A stretch of 39,505 nucleotides of DNA, from IMG/VR virus record IMGVR_UViG_3300020045_002676, positions 1-39,505 of that record; one strand, given 5' to 3'. Position numbers and translations under genes: made by a program. Source of the stretch: a virus (lineage: Duplodnaviria; Caudoviricetes). Of this stretch, positions 34,801 to 39,505 are shown one piece after another; position 1 is the stretch's first letter; every line of letters begins with the position of its first letter. The notes beneath the pieces were generated by a model. The model did no database searches and was not told the DNA's origin. It saw nothing but the letters and a program-made list of their open reading frames with translations.

Positions 34801-35402
34801 TAAACAGCCCCTTCTACCTTAACCACACGAGCCCAATAGCTAGGAACGTCACCCCAACCAGCGTCAACCACTGCGATAGGATGTAGGCCACCATCATTCT
34901 GTCCTGCGCTATCACGCATAACCTGAATTTTAAGGGTATCACCATCTACTAATGACATACCCAAATTAGCTTGAGATGGTCGTGAGTTGTTGTTAGAACT
35001 TAGTGAGCAACCTTGTACAAATCCAAATGGTGCATCGTTAACTAGAAGTCTAGCTAGCACGTATGCCGTACTAGTACTCGTAGTTCTGCCAAAATTAAAA
35101 TTGAATGTAAACTCATAATAACCATCAGTGTTAATAGTAATAACACCACTGCTATCCATCGTTACATCTGCATTCGATACAGTGCTACCAAAACTGGCTA
35201 CAACTGGTGTATCAACAGCCGATGGTGCGATGATGGCTGAACTTGAATTGGAAATAGAAGAGTGTGAAATAATGTCTAGTGTGTTAGCCCCAACCCAAGA
35301 GGTTGTGCCATCGCCATTAGAAACAAGAATTTGCCCTGTAGTGGCAGTGGATGCCCCTTTAGGCTCATGAATATCTGGGTCAGTAATTACTGAATGTTCC
35401 AT
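34800..35402 (-). CDS. Virion structural protein, probable short head/tail fibre
   Basis: N-terminal H..I.DPDIHEPKG...GQ.LV.NGDG.T.W; beta-rich C1q/TNF-like C-terminus (inferred). Confidence 0.55.
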   Translation of the reverse strand: MEHSVITDPDIHEPKGASTATTGQILVSNGDGTTSWVGANTLDIISHSSISNSSSAIIAPSAVDTPVVASFGSTVSNADVTMDSSGVITINTDGYYEFTFNFNFGRTTSTSTAYVLARLLVNDAPFGFVQGCSLSSNNNSRPSQANLGMSLVDGDTLKIQVMRDSAGQNDGGLHPIAVVDAGWGDVPSYWARVVKVEGAV

Positions 35403-35416
35403 CGTTACCTCTACAT

Positions 35417-35456
35417 AAAAAGAAAGGCGAGCAGGAAGACTATTCCTACCCGCCTC
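35417..35456 (-). terminator. Intrinsic terminator after capsid/decoration genes
   Basis: Minus strand AGGCGGGTAGGAA-TAGTC-TTCCTGCTCGCCT followed by TTCTTTTT. Confidence 0.85.
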
Positions 35457-35462
35457 ATTAGA

Positions 35463-35987
35463 TTAAGCCTTGGTATACTTGACAATTACATCAAGAGAAC
35501 CGGCTGCTGTTACCGTTGGAAGAGTACCACCTAGGGCAACACCCACAGTGATTGCCGTAGCAACCGGGGAGGCCCAAGTACCAGTCTTAGATGCAGTCAC
35601 GTTATAGGTGCCAATAGCTTCAGCCTGAGCTTCAGTAATGACAAAACCATTAGTAACTTCCGTACCCTGCGTACCAATCAGGATGGTGGGCGTAGTACCA
35701 CCAAGCACGAATGCTTCCTTAACCTGCACGTACACAGTTTCAATGACAGCGCCCACAGGGAGGATCAGAGGGACGAGGAAGGCATCATTCGATGCAACAT
35801 CACGTACCAGCTGTTCACCAGTGATGGTCATACTAACCTGTGTCTCACCATCCTGAGAATGGTAGACACCAACTGTTTCACCAAGGTTTCGACCTTCGAA
35901 CTTAGTATGGACATTCTGAACGACATTGCCGCCAGAGCCTACTAGAACGCCATTGCCGAACTTAGCAACTTCAAATTTCATAACCAT
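35463..35987 (-). CDS. Probable capsid decoration protein
   Basis: Directly after MCP and before terminator; AGGAG RBS; V/T/G-rich beta protein with LP.GAVI..V. Confidence 0.65.
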   Translation of the reverse strand: MVMKFEVAKFGNGVLVGSGGNVVQNVHTKFEGRNLGETVGVYHSQDGETQVSMTITGEQLVRDVASNDAFLVPLILPVGAVIETVYVQVKEAFVLGGTTPTILIGTQGTEVTNGFVITEAQAEAIGTYNVTASKTGTWASPVATAITVGVALGGTLPTVTAAGSLDVIVKYTKA

Positions 35988-35999
35988 TTATTGTTCTCC

Positions 36000-36953
36000 T
36001 TAAGCGGCCTTGATGTTCGTCTGATGCGTATAAAGAATACCAAGAGTATCCATACGCTGAACGCCCCAACCATAACGGGAACGGGTTACGAATTCGTCTC
36101 GTGCACGATCCTTGTTTCGCTCACCTTCGGTCTTAGGCATACGACGCCATGCGAACATCAGGGGCTTGGTCTGATCGTCTGCAATGCAGAAGAACAGGTT
36201 AGCACGAGCGTTAGCAAGCGTAGTCGTACCATCGTTAGCCGAAGCTACTACCGGAAGGCGGTTAGACAGGAGGATGTCCCAACCATAAAGGCTACCTGCA
36301 AGACGCTGGCCACGGGCCATACCATTGCGGATAATTTCTACAGCAAACTGAGAAACATCGGACGTAATCGTAACAAGACCATTAAGAGTTGCTTCAACAA
36401 CCGGGTCAGCTACAAACACACGGGCTTCTGCGGGTACACTAGCCTTATCGAATGCGAGACGCATACGAATGAGGTAGTCAAGCGAGAAGACAGCGTTAGT
36501 ACCAGTCGCCACAATCTTGTGAGCAAAACCGTTAATATTATACGGGCCAGCCGTCGCGTCGTACACTTCAGCTGCTACTGCGAACATACGTGTTTCAACG
36601 TGTTCCTGAATAGCACGAGTGGACTCAGCTGCTCGCTGTGCCATAAGCATGTCAATGTCCGTACCATCTTCACGAAGGTCGTCAGTCACGTACCAAGCAT
36701 CACCGATATAATCCGTGATCTTCATCGTGATCTCACCACTTTCGATTGGAGAGTAGGTCAGAGGAGTATCTTCAGCGGCTTCCTGAATAGTAACCGAACC
36801 GACAGTCTTGATATGGAGCGTTTCGCCCTTACCAAAGTCAGAGACATTGCGATAAAAGACTTCGCCAATCAGACCATCTTCAAGGTTCATCAGGATAAAG
36901 CTGGAATACTGTTCGGCCTCAATAAAGGCGCGAGTATTACTTGTAAGCTGCAT
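36000..36953 (-). CDS. Major capsid protein (LUZ24/PaP3-like, 317 aa)
   Basis: AFIEAEQYS.FIL.NL.DGL, DAWYVTDDLREDG, AWRRMPK.EGERNKDRARDE match my recollection of LUZ24-type capsids. Confidence 0.9.
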   Translation of the reverse strand: MQLTSNTRAFIEAEQYSSFILMNLEDGLIGEVFYRNVSDFGKGETLHIKTVGSVTIQEAAEDTPLTYSPIESGEITMKITDYIGDAWYVTDDLREDGTDIDMLMAQRAAESTRAIQEHVETRMFAVAAEVYDATAGPYNINGFAHKIVATGTNAVFSLDYLIRMRLAFDKASVPAEARVFVADPVVEATLNGLVTITSDVSQFAVEIIRNGMARGQRLAGSLYGWDILLSNRLPVVASANDGTTTLANARANLFFCIADDQTKPLMFAWRRMPKTEGERNKDRARDEFVTRSRYGWGVQRMDTLGILYTHQTNIKAA

Positions 36954-36964
36954 TTTCTATCCTA

Positions 36965-37678
36965 TTAGTTTTCAATACCGTGTTTGCGGTATACATCTTC
37001 CTTAACCTTTACCATGTAAGCCTTAAGGTCTTTAGAGGACGAACCAAGGAGCAAGCTCTTGTCAGGTTTAGCCAGTTCAGACGGTGTGGGATTGTATGGG
37101 AGATTAAAGCTAGACGTTGTTGGGGTTGCGGTGGACTTACTTGCACTAAAAAGGGCGAGAACCATCTTAGGGTTTCTCTTGGCAAGTTCACCGAGTTCTT
37201 TGGCGGTGGTTCCAAGCTCATCTGCCTTACGGGAGATTACTTCGGATGCCTTGTCACCAAATTTCTGTTTCAAAGTGTTTTGAACCTCGTTGTAATTAGT
37301 GTTCTGGAGGGTAGCATTGCTAACGACCTCAAGTTCTTTCCTTACGAGATTTGCAACTGCCTCTTGATCCAACACGCCAGCAGGATTGGTCTGTTCTTGC
37401 TTTTGGCCTTCGTCTTTTGCAGTTAGTTGTTTAAGAACATCTTCGATGGATTTTACCTTACTCTGTTCTTCCCGGATACGAGCTAGTTCTTCTTCCTGAG
37501 CCTTCTTTTCGGCTAGAAGCTTATTGATGAATTCCTGAGAAGCACCGAGAGCTTTAATCCCATCAGCGACGGTCTTATACTTCGGTTCACCAACTTCATT
37601 TTTAATGGACGCGAGGAGGTCATCCGCCGTCTGAGGAGTTAGTGTATTTTCGTTATTGAACACGTCTTGGTCAGACAT
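36965..37678 (-). CDS. Capsid scaffolding protein
   Basis: Coiled-coil, KYKTV.D..KAL..SQEFI motif, directly upstream of MCP. Confidence 0.8.
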   Translation of the reverse strand: MSDQDVFNNENTLTPQTADDLLASIKNEVGEPKYKTVADGIKALGASQEFINKLLAEKKAQEEELARIREEQSKVKSIEDVLKQLTAKDEGQKQEQTNPAGVLDQEAVANLVRKELEVVSNATLQNTNYNEVQNTLKQKFGDKASEVISRKADELGTTAKELGELAKRNPKMVLALFSASKSTATPTTSSFNLPYNPTPSELAKPDKSLLLGSSSKDLKAYMVKVKEDVYRKHGIEN

Positions 37679-37709
37679 AAATAATTCCTAATCTTAGCTA
37701 AAATTAAAT

Positions 37710-37785
37710 TGGCTGGAATGGCTGGACTCGAACCAACGACAAGGTGATTAACAGCCACCTGCTCTACCAACTGAGCTACATTCCA
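37710..37785 (-). tRNA. tRNA-Asn (GTT)
   Basis: 76 nt cloverleaf: acceptor TGGAATG/CATTCCA, D arm TAGCTCAGTTGGTAGAGC, anticodon arm GGTGG-CTGTTAA-TCACC, T loop GGTTCGAGTCC, encoded CCA. Confidence 0.96.
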
Positions 37786-37846
37786 AAAACGCACGAAGAG
37801 ACATCTCAACCTCAATGATTGATGTCACGCCTCATACGCACGAGAG

Positions 37847-37926
37847 TATATATCTATATTATATATATATTTATAATATTAATTTATATATTATATTATT
37901 ATATATATTATTATAATATCTATAAA
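37847..37926. repeat. AT-only low-complexity tract
   Basis: 80 nt with only two C; pure A/T from 37855 to 37919; ATATCTATA direct repeat at both ends. Confidence 0.9.
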
Positions 37927-37933
37927 GGAGTCA

Positions 37934-37969
37934 CTTACATATAGGTGATTTTAAAAATGAATGTTACAA
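37934..37969 (-). promoter_or_regulatory. Candidate phage-sigma (late) promoter TTGTAACAT-N17-TATATGTAAG
   Basis: Intergenic, oriented toward tRNA/scaffold/capsid; near-identical to 10797-10832. Confidence 0.65.
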
Positions 37970-37979
37970 AAATAAATTT

Positions 37980-38249
37980 TTATTTATCTTCTTCATCAGT
38001 CAAAATACTAATCATCTCAAGCAATCCTCTTTCGTAACCATTTGAGTCTGCTTGATAATAAGCCCATGATGCGTTCTCAAATTTAATTCTGTCTAGACTG
38101 GCTAGATGTGAGCTAGTGATCTTTTCTTCAGCCAGTTTGATTAGACGTTTACGAAGGCGAAGGGACTTAACAAAAAGCCCCTTAATCTCCTCAGCGTCAG
38201 TTTTATCTAGCCCTTTAACTAGGGATGTTTTCAAAGATACCTCCACCAC
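37980..38249 (-). CDS. Conserved hypothetical protein between portal and scaffold
   Basis: WAYYQADSNGYERGL motif; true start may be the TTG near 38234 after GGAGG. Confidence 0.75.
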   Translation of the reverse strand: MVEVSLKTSLVKGLDKTDAEEIKGLFVKSLRLRKRLIKLAEEKITSSHLASLDRIKFENASWAYYQADSNGYERGLLEMISILTDEEDK

Positions 38250-39504
38250 CAGCAGGTTCTTCCTGTGGCATCATAGCTGGTGCGTCTGCTTCACTAGGTC
38301 CAGATGCCTCCACCATGAGATTTTCCTGAGCCTGATTTGCTAGACGTTCAGTTTCCTGCTGCTCCATAACAGCAACATTGGGTCTAAAGATTTGGTACGC
38401 AGAGATAGACAACACATCTTCAAAGAACTGAGTTAGTCCCTTGCGTGACACGTCTGGAGCCACTGTGGCCCACAGAGGAGAAGAAGCAATACCTAGAAGG
38501 TTTTGTAGCTCCTGAGACTTCTGAGCGAAGTGGCGGGCTCCTACGGGGCGTAGAATGCCCTTTGAAACCAGATCATCCCTTGTAATCTCTTTAAACTTGG
38601 TTACACCCAAATCTGTATCTAGAGTACGGACAACATCAATTTCATCGAAATTACGAACAGCCTGTTCCAGCATACCATTCAGTAGGGGTTCAAGGAGTTC
38701 AATTTCGAAGTTAGTAACCTTCTCTTGGAAGATACGACCAGCAGCTGTCATCAATGTCTGGAATTCTGTAGCCGTCTTCTCGCCGGGGGTACGAATACCC
38801 ATAGCTTCACGAGGCGCACCAGCATACAATTCCATCTTATCTTCAAGTTCACGGATTTGCGTATCAGCTGCCATCACACCACTAAGGTTCTTGACAATCT
38901 CATCAACATCACCATTCTCATCGACATGAATTTCAGCACCGGGTGCCCATACGAATGCTTCCACTTCACCCTTAATCTTCAATGGAGGCCATACAGCCAA
39001 ATCCATTACGTCAGCTTTAAGGTTTTCAAGGTGGTCGATACGATACTGCATACCGACAAGGTTGTCTAGTGGACCCATACTCCACAGGTTATCTGGACGA
39101 AGACGCCAACCAACATGGTAGATAGGGGCACGGCCACTATAGGTGTTGATAGGAACGTCACGTACAACAATAGAACGATCAACAACAGTGATCATTCGGT
39201 TGGACTTCACCCCTGCCTCACCTTCAATATGCATGTCCCCGTAGAACTCTAGGATTTCAACGAAATCGCTCATGTAGTATTCTTGCAGATTACCAAAGCC
39301 GTCAACAGAATACTGCTGAGCCTTAGACCAATCCTCCACCTTCATACCACCATAACGTGCTTTGATATCCAGACGACGTTTAACAGCTTCCAACCAGAAA
39401 GAACTATCTGGATGAGTTTCTGACAGCTTGATAAGTTCACCAATAGTCTTAACACTACGGACAATCTTAGGGCTGTTATTAAACGTGGACGCTAGTGGAT
39501 TAAA
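38215..39504 (-). CDS. Portal protein (5' truncated by window end)
   Basis: Frame is open to the window edge; GWR.RPDNLW.MGPLDNLVGMQYRIDHLEN, GAPREAMGIRTPGEKTA.E.Q.L. Confidence 0.9.
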   Translation of the reverse strand, partial: FNPLASTFNNSPKIVRSVKTIGELIKLSETHPDSSFWLEAVKRRLDIKARYGGMKVEDWSKAQQYSVDGFGNLQEYYMSDFVEILEFYGDMHIEGEAGVKSNRMITVVDRSIVVRDVPINTYSGRAPIYHVGWRLRPDNLWSMGPLDNLVGMQYRIDHLENLKADVMDLAVWPPLKIKGEVEAFVWAPGAEIHVDENGDVDEIVKNLSGVMAADTQIRELEDKMELYAGAPREAMGIRTPGEKTATEFQTLMTAAGRIFQEKVTNFEIELLEPLLNGMLEQAVRNFDEIDVVRTLDTDLGVTKFKEITRDDLVSKGILRPVGARHFAQKSQELQNLLGIASSPLWATVAPDVSRKGLTQFFEDVLSISAYQIFRPNVAVMEQQETERLANQAQENLMVEASGPSEADAPAMMPQEEPAGGGGIFENIPS

Positions 39505-39505
39505 C

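Noticed and set aside
35960-36010. Programmed frameshift or readthrough fusing capsid to the downstream protein
   Set aside because: Downstream gene has its own AGGAG RBS and no slippery sequence is evident
35991-36968. 325 aa antisense ORF spanning the major capsid gene
   Set aside because: No RBS or recognisable motifs; best explained as the antisense shadow of a strongly codon-biased gene
1-39505. CRISPR array, integrase/att site, rRNA
   Set aside because: No regularly spaced repeats, recombinase motifs or rRNA-like sequence seen

Overview
Window from a lytic dsDNA podovirus-type phage related in gene content and order to LUZ24/PaP3/phiEco32-like phages. The host is probably an alphaproteobacterium (Rhizobiales-type lysin, B12-dependent RNR); this is an inference. 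From ~4570 to 22254 the + strand carries an amidoligase region, primase-helicase, an ECF-like sigma factor, PolA, a probable SSB, nucleases, four free-standing homing-type endonucleases, nucleotide pyrophosphohydrolases and class II RNR. It converges at a bidirectional terminator (~22260-22300) with a minus-strand late module: portal (partial), tRNA-Asn, scaffold, major capsid, tail adaptor/nozzle, ejection proteins (one with an M15 peptidase domain) and lysis genes. Bases 1-~3000 are a diverged inverted copy of ~4535-7523, joined at ~4520-4535 through two truncated genes, so this is either a chimera of two related phages or a real rearrangement. Highlights: (i) a DfrB/R67-type dihydrofolate reductase homologue found in only one arm; (ii) a bipartite motif TTGTAACAT-N17-TATATRTAAG found upstream of the capsid operon and of a PD-(D/E)XK endonuclease, a candidate promoter for the phage sigma; (iii) the amidoligase cluster co-occurring with a virion peptidoglycan peptidase. 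All family assignments come from motif recognition by eye; no searches were run.
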